Assembly: GCF_009914755.1 (NCBI RefSeq)
Contig: NC_060927.1
Length of the DNA: 64,000 bases
Source of the DNA: the human T2T-CHM13v2.0 reference genome, Homo sapiens
Reading direction: 5' to 3' (one strand)
The position numbers and the translations under genes were made by a program. Shown here piece after piece: positions 1 through 16,802 of this stretch. The notes beneath the pieces were generated by a model. It did not search any database. It saw only the letters and a program-made list of their open reading frames with translations, and was not told the origin of the DNA. The number at the start of each line of letters is the position of its first letter. Position 1 is the stretch's first letter.

Positions 1-1843
1 TGTGAAATTACCTAACCTCAAGTTTCATAGGGAAGTTAAATTTTCAGTATATCAATTTACATCTGTAAAAGTAGAAAGTCAATTCCAAAGAAGTTTTTCA
101 GTCATGCAAAAAAATCAGGAAACATTCAATGTAAGTGTATACGCAAGGGTCCAGAGATCAGGAGCTCATAGGAGGCAACGAGAAAAGCACATGCCCGTAA
201 GGTGAATGCCAATTACCTGGTAAGTATGTTTGATCTTTGTACTGTGTGATGGTGCACTCAGCACCCAGCAGAGGTGATCATGCACTTTAGAATATCGTTA
301 TGCTTGTCACTATACACTGTGACTTTAATAAGTTATGTAGGAACTATGAAAGAAAATATTTCTTAAATGGATTATTTAGTTATCAGGGAATAGAATACAA
401 ATACTTGTAGGATCATAAACTTCAGAAAATAATTTCAATTTGTATCAATTAGATGACAGCAACCTACATAGCTCATCAATTATTGAATAAAGTAACTTTT
501 GAGAATATATAAAGTATAAAAATTCATTTAAGTAATTGCTAATACAATTTAATTTCAAAATAATTGTCATTAAAATATATTTATTTACTATCAACTTTTT
601 TTGTGTTTTAAGCGTTTTATATTATTGCAGAAAACAAATTATATGTTAAGAACAGATTTTACAAAAAAACGTTTTTAGATATTGTCAATTAGGTTGAGAT
701 GCTAACCCCAAATTTTGTGGAACTGAGGCATTCATTAAAAAAATTACAATGAACTTAGGTTATTTTTTAGATTACAAGTGTTTATTAAAGTATTTTGTTC
801 TCCTACACACACACGTGTGCGTGTGCACACTCATGCACAAATACACATGCACACATTATGTAAGTATATAAGCAAGGTCCAAATGGAAGTTCTGAAAAAC
901 AAAATTTTAAGGAGCCAGCTAATATTCATTTACTTTTGAATTTGCAGAATCTTTGTCAATGCTTTGGAAGCATTTATTTTTTCTCAAAATATCAGCCCTG
1001 GAAGAGCTCCAGATGTATGAACTAATATTCCACATAATTTTTTTATATAAAAGAACTAATTTTTTAATGCAAGGTGATTTATTTGGGAAAAGTACTTATT
1101 TTGACATTAAGAATAGTTCACTACAAAGGTGTGTGAGTTCAAGCCCATTCTGCATCTAGTCTCTTGGACATTGATGATTATTTCTTCTTTAAGCTGAAGA
1201 AGAAAAATAAAAATGAAAATTTTAATTTGATTGCTAAAAGATATTTACATTGAAAACTCTAGGAAAAGAGTAAGTTCTCCTTAAATGTTTGATTATAAAT
1301 GTAATCACATTCCTTGCAAACAGGAAACTTAAATTTCTAAAACGGTACTGCCATGAAAAAATGTCAACCTATAGATTTAAATATTTGTCTCACTACCAAC
1401 TTGGACATTGGAAAACTGACTCTATAACTTTTTGCTTTGTTTTGTTTTCTATTTGGCCAATAGAAAGAAAAGAAACCAACATCTAGAAGTGAAATATATT
1501 TATTTGTTTCTGATCACGGAGAATATAAAATTTTTGTAATAACTTCTAAGAATGTTTTGTTAGCAGTTTCATAACTTCGTTATTTACCACATCATTTTTA
1601 AACACTTTGGAGCTAAATGATTTTCTAAATGTCCATGAATACAGAAAACATCTCAGATAAGTGATTGGAGACATACTCTCTTTCCTGTAAGTCATTTCAG
1701 TGTTTTTTGAACAATTATATATTATTTTTATTTATTTCTTCAAGTAACAAAAAATTGTTTCTTATATTTGTGGTTGCATCACCATCAAGTATTACTTTGT
1801 ATGTACTACAATTACTAGAATTACAATTACTAGAACTAATATT

Positions 1844-1875
1844 AGCTAATATATATTAGCTAATATATATTAGCT
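1844..1875. repeat. AT-rich perfect palindrome within short tandem duplications
   Basis: agctaatatatattagctaatatatattagct is self-complementary; it is preceded by duplicated tacaattactagaa. Confidence 0.85.
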
Positions 1876-1883
1876 TCCTATTC

Positions 1884-2440
1884 TGTGCCTAGGTCTTAAT
1901 TTATGAAGGTGACTGAATGACAACTGGGAGAGATCGATGCCATGAAAGTTTAACGTTACTGACATTCCCCCCAGAATCTCGAGGTGCAACACACCAGGCA
2001 AGATCACAAGGGAAGCATCAGATTTTGGTCAGGAAACAGAAGCAGGAGTCAGGGGAAAGGCTTAAGCCAGAGCCTTTAGTGGTGTTTCTGCAGGAATACA
2101 CAGTTTAGGATTGGCCACTTTGAATAATTCCGTCAGGCTTTGGGCTATGAGAGTGGTCTCTATGTGAGTGGTTTTCTATATAAGAGTGGTTTGGAACCTG
2201 GCACTGAATTGATTTACTGCAGAGAAGATAGTGGGTTGTTGTGTGAGAGATAAGGAGTTGAGGGGATAAAGAGCCAGGTGAGGGCCTGGCCTTGGATTAG
2301 CTAGTTTGATCATAAAAGGCATGCTCCAGGCAAGTTGTCTACCACCCCCAAGAATTAGCTAGGAGAGCTAGTCATTTCCCAAGTCTGGAAGGCCCCCAAG
2401 AGATGTCAAAACATCATAAAATATAGAAAATAATAAAACA
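1884..2440 (-). mobile_element. Old ERVL-class solo LTR (MER76/MER77-like)
   Basis: TG...CA termini; reverse complement begins tgttttattattttctatattttatgatgttttgacatct, resembling MER76/77 starts; GC-richer than flanks. Confidence 0.55.
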
Positions 2441-2539
2441 TAATGAATATACTTATTCAGTGAAGATATTAAGCATCTTATGGGGGTTATCTCTTTGATA
2501 TTCATTTTAAGTGTATAATCCATTATAGTATATAAATAT

Positions 2540-2700
2540 TACATTTCAATTTCAATTTTCCAATTAAAAACTGAGGCTCAAAGAAGTTACCTTATGTGCT
2601 CCAGTCTGCATGGTAGTACGGTGGAGGAGCATGGGTTCAAATCCTTACCTATATAGCACAAAATTCAGGCTCCTTGTCACTATACTGTACTGCTTTCCCC
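2540..2700 (-). mobile_element. MIR SINE fragment
   Basis: MIR core-like aaactgaggctcaaagaagtta ... gggttcaaatcc. Confidence 0.55.
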
Positions 2701-4012
2701 AACTATGTAAACAGAATATTCTAAAAACAGGCAGATGAGAAATAGTCAATTTGTGGAATATCTCATAGTAAAAGTAATAAATAAGATCTAGAAGAAAAAC
2801 ATCCTTGATTGATATTATTAAAAATCCATGCATAAATTTCTCTAGGCATAGGAACCCATGGGGATTCTCATTCTATGTTTTGGAGTAGATATCGCAACCT
2901 GAAATAATCAATTTAGACTCTGGCATACAGTTCTTTCCATGTTTTTTCACTCCTTATCCTGGCTATCATTAGTTTGTTGAGTGGTCATAATTTAAATAAT
3001 TAAAATTGCTTACAAAAGTATTTTGACATATGAGAAAATGATCTTGGTTTAATGTTTCTCATGTAAATACATATATTAATGTTTACAGAAACCCAACATA
3101 TGCACACAAACATGCAAAAACTAAGAATAACCTGGACTTCTAATAAAAGGACACATAGGGCATCTTTACACAACTTTAATAAAACTCTATCTTGAAAACT
3201 CTTGACAGAAATATTTACAAATATGAAACAATTTGTTTTACTTGGCAGGATCATCAATCAATAATGACAATAAATAAATAATTACATTTCACATATTCAT
3301 AAAAATTTTTCATTGACATGAAGTTCAAGTAATTTGATTATTATAATATTTCCTGTTTCAATCAGAATAGGCTATGTTATTCTGAAGTTGCTTAAAAAAC
3401 AAGATTTATTTATTATTTATATTGTATGTTCATTATGAATTGTCTGGGGCCTCTGTTTTAATTCCATCTAAATGCAATGGGATGTGACTTCTAGCATTTG
3501 GAATAACAGTCACCTTGGCAAGGGAAAAGGATCTGATGAGTTCTCCGTGGATGCTGAAATATTTGTACTTGCAAATTACATAGAAATTCTGCAGTTATTC
3601 CATTGTCCAAAGTAAGTTACATGGTCCTGACTAACTCAAGGATGTATGTTGAAGTAAGGGAGTTTATTTGTCAACAACCCTAAAAAATACATTTTCCTTT
3701 TCACCAAATCAAAGAAGAAACATTAATGATAAACCAAATTTCATGTTAAATTTGTTAAAATATATAAATATATAAAAATCTATTTAAGCATAATAGTAAT
3801 GCTAAATCTAATGAGGAGTTTTATCTTAATATGCTTTCTGGTGAACAAACAGCACTTAGGGCTCCAGGAAAAATCTCCACATCACTTGCTTTATATTTGA
3901 AAAGAAAGTTAATTACATGCAAATATCTTGAAATGTGGGTAATGCTGCCACTACTATTAGAGATAAACAATACTTCAAGTTACAAGGAGGATGTGAACAG
4001 CAGAATCTTTTA

Positions 4013-8267
<4,255 letters not shown>

Positions 8268-8366
8268 GTACAGAAATTACAAATTTATGAATTTATCAAA
8301 GTCTTTCTCTCATATAGCTGAAATCCCTCTATAACTTAGCATTATTTTTCAATAGTCTGAGGTCCC

Positions 8367-8405
<39 letters not shown>

Positions 8406-8407
8406 TT
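8367..8407. repeat. (TTTA)n microsatellite
   Basis: about 10 perfect units. Confidence 0.95.
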
Positions 8408-8479
8408 GCTTCTTCTGTGTTCCACTTAATGCTACTATTTCTGGAAATAATATGCTTTAATGCAATACATCAAAAATTG

Positions 8480-8856
8480 TACCATACAACTGCAGAATAC
8501 ACATCCAGTAGAAACCACACTTTGCATTTTGATCTTTTACTAGGCTAGTGATAATGCAATATGATACTATTTCACAGTGCTCGGCAGTGGCCACAAGCCA
8601 TTCTCTTTTTCACTTCTTTTAGTGTAGTAATCAATAAATTACATGAGATATTCAACACTTTGTTATAAAATAGAGTTAGTGTTAGTTTTCCCCAATGGTA
8701 GACTAATGTAATTTTTCTGAGAATGTTTAAGATAGGCTAGGGTAAGCTATGATGTTTGATAAGTTAGGTTTATTAAATGAATTTTTGACTTAACAATATT
8801 TTCAACTTATGGATTTATCAGAATATAACTCCATTGTAAGTTGAGAAGTATTTGTA
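8480..8856 (-). mobile_element. Tigger4 (Zombi/MER46) DNA transposon derivative
   Basis: aataaattacatgagatattcaacactt ... ggctagggtaagctatgatgttt ... ccattgtaagttgagaagtatttg-TA matches the Tigger4 terminus. Confidence 0.75.
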
Positions 8857-9339
8857 TAAAAACAGTTGATACAAATAGTTGACAATTATTTTTAGTTAAA
8901 ATTTATTGAAAATTTATATAGTCAAATACAGGTAAGTTTTATGTATATTTATATTATTATCAAATTAATCTAAATGTGAAAAATTATTACTACATAATTA
9001 TTGATTTTGTTAAAATGAAGAGAAGATAAACATTTTTTGGAATGCATAATGACTTGTTAAATGCAGTATATTTATTTATTTGCTTATTCAATAACATGAA
9101 CAAATCATCACAGACATGTATTATAATAATTAATGCTGCTTTTATATTTTGCTTACCAATAGATAAATCATAGCTTTACTCAAGTTTCTTTTTTAATTTT
9201 GTCAATGTGGATTCTTATTTTTCATAGTACGTGGATATGTCACCTTTTATGTAACTATTATTTTGATTTTTATATTTTGAATGTTTGGAATTATACTATG
9301 TGATCACATTTGTACTTTGTCCCCATTTCTATACATGCT

Positions 9340-10056
9340 AGAGGAAGTCAGATTATCTCTTTGCTGATGACATAATTTTATACCTAGAAAACCCTAAAGA
9401 TTCCTATAAAAGATACTTGGACTTGATAAATACCTTCAGTAAAGTTTCAGGATACAAAATCAGTGTAAAAATATCAGTAGCAATATTGGATATCAAATTT
9501 TGTAACACATATTTTTGTATATTCTTAAGATACATATATATGTGTGTGTGTGTCTTTTAAAAAGGAACGTAAATACAATGGAATAATTAAACATTATCTC
9601 TACTTAATAAAAAATAAGTTTTTTTTGCCTCATGAAATAGTAAGACATTTTACTTTTTGTTTTTCTTTCCCAAAAACACTCCTCTGAACTGTATCAAGCC
9701 TTTAGGACATCCATCTTTTTCTTGATGTATTGGGAAAACTGAATAGGGTCAAAAGTGAAATTCAGTGTGACTTGCAGCTTTGCCCTTATAAATCATACAT
9801 TACAGTGACTTCTACTGTCAGTGTAATATGAGGACATTAGTTAAATCTCCTCTGAACAAAAGTGTTTGAATATGGACTACCTAGATTTTTAATTACTGGC
9901 AACTGTAGGTTTTTAAACTTGTATGAATTCGTTTCTAGCTGTCCAAAAATGTCCATCCATTTAAACATAAATGCTTTTTTGCAGTACAGCTGTTTCTGAA
10001 TCAGGTGGTTTGCATCTATGAATTCATCAAATAGGCTATCCATGTCTAAAATATCC
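9340..10056 (-). repeat. Left arm (derived copy) of a ~720-bp inverted duplication
   Basis: Reverse complement aligns to 10593-11324 along its length; twin ORFs 9837..10058(-) and 10606..10818(+) are nearly identical. Confidence 0.96.
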
Positions 10057-10259
10057 ACTTCTAATCTTTTCTCATCTTACATAACACTTTTTAGTCTTCT
10101 ATGATATATCTTTCTGTTACTCAAAACCTTGAATTCTTTTAGTTCCACTAAGATGAGATTTTGAATACCGTATCTTTATTTATATTCATCGCCTAGAATA
10201 AGGGTTGGGTCAAATAGGATCCACCATTTGTTTTTGTTAAGACCTGTGATCTAAAATTG

Positions 10260-11010
10260 TTTGACGATCTTTGAAAAGGCCGCAGGGAGCCTAGAAAATT
10301 TGAACTGACTACAGCTATGTTTTCTGCGTTCTTGGTATGTTTTCTCAAAAACCCATTTTGTGAATAAAATCACTCATTTCTTGAAGGATTACTAGTTCAG
10401 AATTCAAAAAATTTACCCACAATGTTAAAGGAATTTCTCACCTTTTTTTTTTTTGCTAAAACTGTTGCTAATTTGGAATCCAACTTTGATTTCACAAATT
10501 CAAATTATCTCTATGATTTAAAACTATTTTCTCTGAGAATAGATGTTTTATTTATGATGACATCCAATGTGCTTCAGAATATTTTAAAATGAGGATATTT
10601 TAGACATGGATAGCCTATTTGATGAATTCATAGATGCAAACAACCTGATTCAGAAACAGCTGTACTGCAAAAAAAAAAAAAAAGCCTTTATGTTTAAATG
10701 GATGGACATTTTTGGACAGCTAGAAATGAATTCATACAAGTCTGAAAACCTGCAGTTGCCAGTAATTAAAAGTCTAGGTAATCCATGTTCAAACACTTTT
10801 GTTCAGAGATTTAACTAATGCCCTCATATTACACTGACAGTAGAAGTCAGTGTAATGTATGATTTATAAGGGCAAAGCTGCAAGTCAGATTGAATTTTAC
10901 TTTTGACCCTATTCAGTTTTCCCAATGCATCAAGAAAAAGATGGATGTCCTAAAGGCTTGATACAGTTCAGAGGAGTGTTTTTGGAAAAGAAAAACAAAG
11001 AGTAAAATGT
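10260..11010 (+). mobile_element. hAT DNA transposon fossil (BLACKJACK-like), C-terminal transposase/dimerisation region
   Basis: Frameshifted translation NLQLPVIKSLGNPCSNTFVQRF / LM.SYYTDSRS.CNV*FIRAKLQV.LNF resembles the hAT dimerisation motif P.SNA..ER.FS...WT..RN. Confidence 0.65.
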
Positions 11011-11324
11011 CTTACTATATCATAAGTCAAAAATAAACTTATTGTTATTTTTTGTTAAATAGAGGTGATATCTGTTTAATTATTCCATTGTATTTACGTT
11101 TCTTTTTAAAAGACATATATATGTACATATATATCTTAAGAATATACAAAAATATGTGTTACAAAATTTGATATCCAATATTGCTACTGATACTTTTACT
11201 TTGATTTTGTATCCTGAAACTTTACTGAAGGTATTTATCAAGTCCAAGTATCTTTTATAGGAATCTTTAGGGTTTTCTAGGTATAAAATTATGTCATCAG
11301 CAAATAAATAATTTGACTTCCTCT
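10593..11324 (+). repeat. Right arm (parental copy) of the inverted duplication
   Basis: Continuous with the hAT fossil on its left and with the L1 on its right, unlike the left arm. Confidence 0.96.
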
Positions 11325-12418
11325 TTTCCAACTTGGATGCCTTTTATTTTTTTCTCTTACCTGATTGCTGTAGTTAGGACTTTCAGTACTATGTTGAGTA
11401 GACATGGTGAGAATGAACATCCTTGCTTGTTCCAGGTCTTAGGGGAAATGCTTCTAACTTTTCCCCATTCAGTATGATGTTGGCTGTATGTTTTTTATAG
11501 ATGGCTCTTATTATTTTGAAGTATTGTTCCTTCAACGCCTAGTTTGTTGAAGGTTTTTATCAAAAGGAATGTTAGATTTTATTCAGTGCTTTTTTCTGCA
11601 TCTATTGTGATGATCATGTGGTTATTGTTTTTACTTCTGTTTATTGATTTGCCTATTTTGAAGCATTCTTGCATTCCTGGAATAAAACCCACTTGATTGT
11701 GATGAATTATCTTTTTGATGTGCTGTTGAATTTGGTTTGCTAGTATTTTTTTTTGAGGATCTTTGCATTTATGTTCATCATGAATATTGACCTGCAGTTT
11801 TCTTTTTGTGTTGTGTCTTTGCCTGATTTGGACTTCAGGGTGATATTGTATTTGTAGAATGAGTTAGAGAGGAATCCCTCTTAATTGATTTTTTGGAATA
11901 GTTTCAGTAATATTGGTACAACCTCTTCTTTGTATGTCTGGTAGAATTCAGCTGTGAATCGGTCTCATCCTGGGATTTTTTTGTTCAAATATTATTCATT
12001 AGGAATTCAGTTTAGTTACTCATTATGGGCTTGTTTAGGATTTCTGTTATTTCCTGGTTCAATTCTTGGGATATTGTATGTTTCCAGGAATTTGCCCTTT
12101 TCCTCTAGGTTTCCAAGATTGTATGCATAAAGGTGTTTATGGTAGTTTCTCATGGTCTTTTGTGTATCTGTGGTATCAGTTGTAATGTCTCTTTTTTAAC
12201 ATTTCTATTGTACTTATTTGAATCTTTTTATCTTGGTTAATCTAGCTAGTGATCAGTCAATTTTGTTTATCCTTCAAATAACCAACTTTTCACTTTGTTG
12301 ATCCTTTGTATCATTTTTGTTGGTCTCACTTGTACTTAGTTCTGCTCTGTTCTTTGTTGTTTCTTTTTTTCTGTTAGATTTGAGAGTTGTTTGTCCTTGT
12401 TTTTCTAGTTCCTAGAGG

Positions 12419-13486
12419 TGTTGCGGGAAGTCAGGGACCCAAACAGAGGGACCGGCTGAAGCCATGGCAGAAGAACGTGGATTGTGAAGATTTTATGGAC
12501 ATTTATTAGTTCTCCAAATTAATACTTTTGTAATTTCTTATGCCTGTCTTTACTGCAATCTCTAAACATAAATTGTAAAGATTTCATGGACACTTATCAC
12601 TTCCCCAATCAATACCCTTGTGATTTCCTATGCCTGTCTTTGCTTTAATCTCTTAATCCTGTCAGCCGAGAAGGATGTATGTCACCTCAGGACTATGTGA
12701 TAATTGCATTAACTGCACAAATTGTACAGCATGTGAGTTTGTACAATATGAAATCTGAGCACCTTGAAAAAAGAAAAGGATAACAGCAATTGTTCAGGGA
12801 ATAAGAGAGATAACCTTAAACTCTGACCGCCAGTGAGCCTGGCAGAACAGAGCCATATTTCTCTTCTTTCAAAAGCAAATGGGAGAAATATCGCTGAATT
12901 CTTTTTCTCAGCATGGAAGGTCCCTGAGAAAGAGAATGCGCACCTAGGGGTAGGTCTCTGAACTGTCCCCCCCGGGGCATACCTGTCTCTTATGGTCGAG
13001 ATTGCAGAAGTGAAATAAACTCCAGTCTCCCATAGCACTCCCAGGCTTATTAGGAAGGGGAAATTCCCACCTAATAAATTTTGGTCAGACCAGTTGATCT
13101 CAAAACCCTGTCTCCTGATAAGATGTTATCAATGACAATGGTGCCCGAAACTTCATTAGCAATTTTAATTTCACCTCGGTCCTGTGGTCCTGTGATTTCA
13201 CCCTGCCTCCACTTGCCTTGTGATATTCTATTACCCTGTTAAGTACTTGATGTCTGTCACCCACACCTATTCGCACACTCCCTCCCCTTTTGAAAATCCC
13301 TAATAAAAACTTGCTGGTTTTTGTGGCTTGTGGGGCATCACGGATCCTACCAACATGTGATTTCTCCCCCAGATGCCCAGCTTTAAAATTTCTCTCTTTT
13401 GTACTCCGTCCCTTTATTTCTCAAGCCAGCCAACACTTAGGAAAATAGAAAAGAACTTACGTGATTTTCAGGGCAGGTTCCCTGAA
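12419..13486 (+). mobile_element. MER11 (HERVK11/HML-8) solo LTR, ~1.07 kb, probably MER11C
   Basis: Starts TGTTGCGGGAAGTCAGGGACCC; internal repeat gattt(t/c)atggaca; AATAAA near 13302; flanked by (t/a)agagg TSD. Confidence 0.92.
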
Positions 13487-13598
13487 AGAGGTTCCGCATG
13501 AAGTTGTCAATTTGAGATCTTCCTATATTTTTGATGTAGGCATTTAGCACTATAAACTTTCTTCTTAGCACTACTTTTGCTGCATCCCAGAGATTTAA

Positions 13599-13973
<375 letters not shown>

Positions 13974-14416
13974 TAGTAATGCAGGAGCAAGTTACTTACT
14001 TTCCATATTCTTGTGTAGTTTTGAGCATTATTCTTGGTATTGATTTTTAGTTTTATTCCACTGTGGTCCAAGAAGATACATGATATGATTTTGATTCTTT
14101 ATTTCATTGAAACCATATGCTTTTCTCCAAGCACATGGTTGATTTTGGAGAATGTTCCCTGTGCAGAAGATGAGGAAGTTATTTCTATGGTTGGTGAGTA
14201 GAATGTTCTGTAAATGTCTGTTAGGTCCATTTGGTCTATAGTCCAGTTTAAGTCCAGAGTTTCTTGGTTAATTTTCTGCCTTGATGATCTATATAATAAT
14301 ATCAGATCTAGTATGTCTAGTCCCCCACTATTCTTGCATTGTGATCCATGTGTTTCTTAGGCGTAGTAGTATTTGTTTGGTGAATCTGGGTGCTCTGGTG
14401 TTCAGTGCATTTATTT

Positions 14417-15402
14417 TTATGCCTGCTAACACAACATTAATTCTGCAGTGCATGAATCAAGGAGTAATTTTAACTTTCAAGTCTTATTAGTTAGGAAATA
14501 CATTTTATAAGATTATAGCTGTCATAGATAGTTATTCCTTTGATGGATCTGGGAAAATTCAATTGAAAACCTTCCAGGAAGGATTTATTATTCTAGAGGC
14601 CATTAAGAACATCCACGTTTTATGGGAGTAGATCAAAGCATTAACATTAACAGGAATTTGGGAGAAATTAATCCTGAACCCAATAGATGATTTTGAGATT
14701 TTGAGGGGATAAAGATTTCAGTAGAGAAACAGCTGCAAAGAAATAGAAAGATAACTAGAATTAGAAGTAGAGCCCAAAGAGGTGACTGAGTTGCTGCAAT
14801 CCTATGAATACAACTTGAATGGATGAGTAGTTGCTTCTTATGGATAAGCAAAGAAAGTGGTTTCTTGAGATGGAATCTACTTCTGGTAAAGATACTGTGA
14901 ACCTTGTTAAAATGACAATGAAGGACTTAGAATATTACATCAATGTAATTGATGAAGCAGTGGTAAAATTTGAGAGGATTGACTCCAGTTTTGAAAGGAG
15001 TTCTACTGTGGGTAAAATGCTATCAAATGACATTGCATGCCACATAGAAATCTTTCTTGAAAGGAAAAGTCAGTTCATGCAGTAAATTTTATTTTCTTAT
15101 TTTAGGAAATAGTCACAGCCACCCCAGCCTTAAGTAACCACCACCCTGCTCACTCAACAACAATGAACACTGAGGCAAGACTCTCCACTAGCAAAAAGAT
15201 TATGACTTGTTGAAGACTCAGATAATTGTTAGTATTTTTTAGCAATAAAGTGTTTTTAATTTAGATTTCTTTTTTTTATTAAACCTAATGCTATTGCACA
15301 CTTACATAGCAATAGACTATAGTGTAAACGTAACTTTTATATGCACTGGGAAAACAAAATATTTGTGTGACTTGGAACCAAACTTATCTCCAAGTTATGC
15401 CC
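14417..15402 (+). mobile_element. Tigger1 3' portion (transposase C-terminus and right terminal inverted repeat)
   Basis: FMPANTT...MNQGVILTFKSY and LLMDKQRKWFLEMEST peptides; ends tatctccaagttatgcc. Confidence 0.92.
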
Positions 15403-15592
15403 AGATAGATAGATAGATAGATAGATATTCATGTATATCTCTCTATATATGTGTGCATATATATACTATATATCTATATATAGATATCATTTATATCTAT
15501 ATATACACATGCATATATAGATATAAATGTATATATCTACATATATATTCTATATATGTGTACATATAGATATATATATAGCTCTCTATATA
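15403..15592. repeat. (GATA)n plus TA-rich low-complexity tract
   Basis: Direct inspection. Confidence 0.9.
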
Positions 15593-15654
15593 TTCAAAAT
15601 CAAACACTTAAGTTAATATTTTATAGGTATATATGGTCGATGGATGTGTGAATA

Positions 15655-15780
15655 AAACAAAGTAGTAAGGAAGTGAATACCACAAAAATAATATTACAGT
15701 TACCTATATGTGAAAAGAAACAGAGCAGTAAGGAAATGAATACCATAAAAATAATATTACAGTTACCTACCTGTGCAAAG
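15655..15780 (+). repeat. 63-bp x2 tandem duplication in a probable ancient L1M 3' remnant
   Basis: aaacaaagtagtaaggaagtgaatacc...tgtgaaaag / aaacagagcagtaaggaaatgaatacc...tgtgcaaag. Confidence 0.9.
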
Positions 15781-16488
15781 AGAGAGTTCTCATTAATAAA
15801 GGACAAATAGAAGTTTCTGGTATGTAGTGATGTTTTATTTTTTGACATCGTTGTAGATACATAGAGTTTTTGCACTATAAAGCTACATTTATATGTTTAT
15901 GCAATTTTGTATATATTTTTCACATTTGTGCATATCACATTTCACGTAAAATTTTCATGACAGAAAAGAGAGTCAAAAGTAGTCCCTTGGAAGCCAAGTA
16001 CAAAAAGTATTTCATAAAAGGGAGTGAGGTGTAATTATTGATTATCTGTAGGTTAGATTGTATTGCTGCTATTTACGGAAAACTATACTTTCTAATAGAA
16101 AGCCCAGAATTTAACATACATATTTATCTTCCCTGAATGTGGGTAGGTCTCTGCCACAGACAGACCTGTCCCTGAAGAAGAAAGAAACAAATTTCCCTCT
16201 CTGTGGGCATAGTATTTTATTAATACAGAGCAAGGGGTTCCATGCTTAATATATTCTTCCAAATTTATTAACCTCTTATCCAAAGAGAAAGAGTGGGCAC
16301 TAAGAGGACTACAGCTCATGGTAGCATGTTTTCAGGAGAGTAACTTCCTAAAATTAGTTATTAAATCAATGTTTAATGGAAAATATGGCCATCCTCGCAA
16401 GGGAAAACAAGATCAGAAGGTCATGGGACCCCTTAAGATTTATTTGTATTTTATTATTCTCTGAGTAAAATCAGATGAGCTATGACTT

Positions 16489-16802
16489 CTTTTTTTTTCT
16501 TTTTTTTTTTTGAGACAGAGTCTCTTTCTGTTGCCCAGGCTATAGTGCAGTGGAGCGATCTTGGCTCACTGCAACCTCTGCCTCCTCTGTTCAAGCGACT
16601 CTCCTTCTCAGCCTCCCGAGTAACTGGGACTACAGATGGGTGCCACCATGCTTGGCCATTTTTTTTTTTTTTTTGTATTTGTAATAGAGACAGGGATTCA
16701 CCATGTTGGTTAGGCTGGTCTCAAACTCCTGACCACAGGTGACCTGCCCACCTCGGTCTCCAAAAGTGCTGGTATTGCAGGCGTGAGCTACCACACCAGG
16801 CC
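16489..16802 (-). mobile_element. AluS (Sx/Sz-like)
   Basis: Full dimer; TSD cagatgagctat(g/t)actt. Confidence 0.95.

Noticed and set aside
9837-10818. Two near-identical small ORFs as a duplicated host gene
   Set aside because: Explained by inverted duplication of a decayed transposase fragment with downstream frameshift and stops
9340-11324. Inverted arms as terminal inverted repeats of a novel DNA transposon
   Set aside because: No TSD; arms consist of internal fragments of other TEs; the right arm is continuous with its flanks
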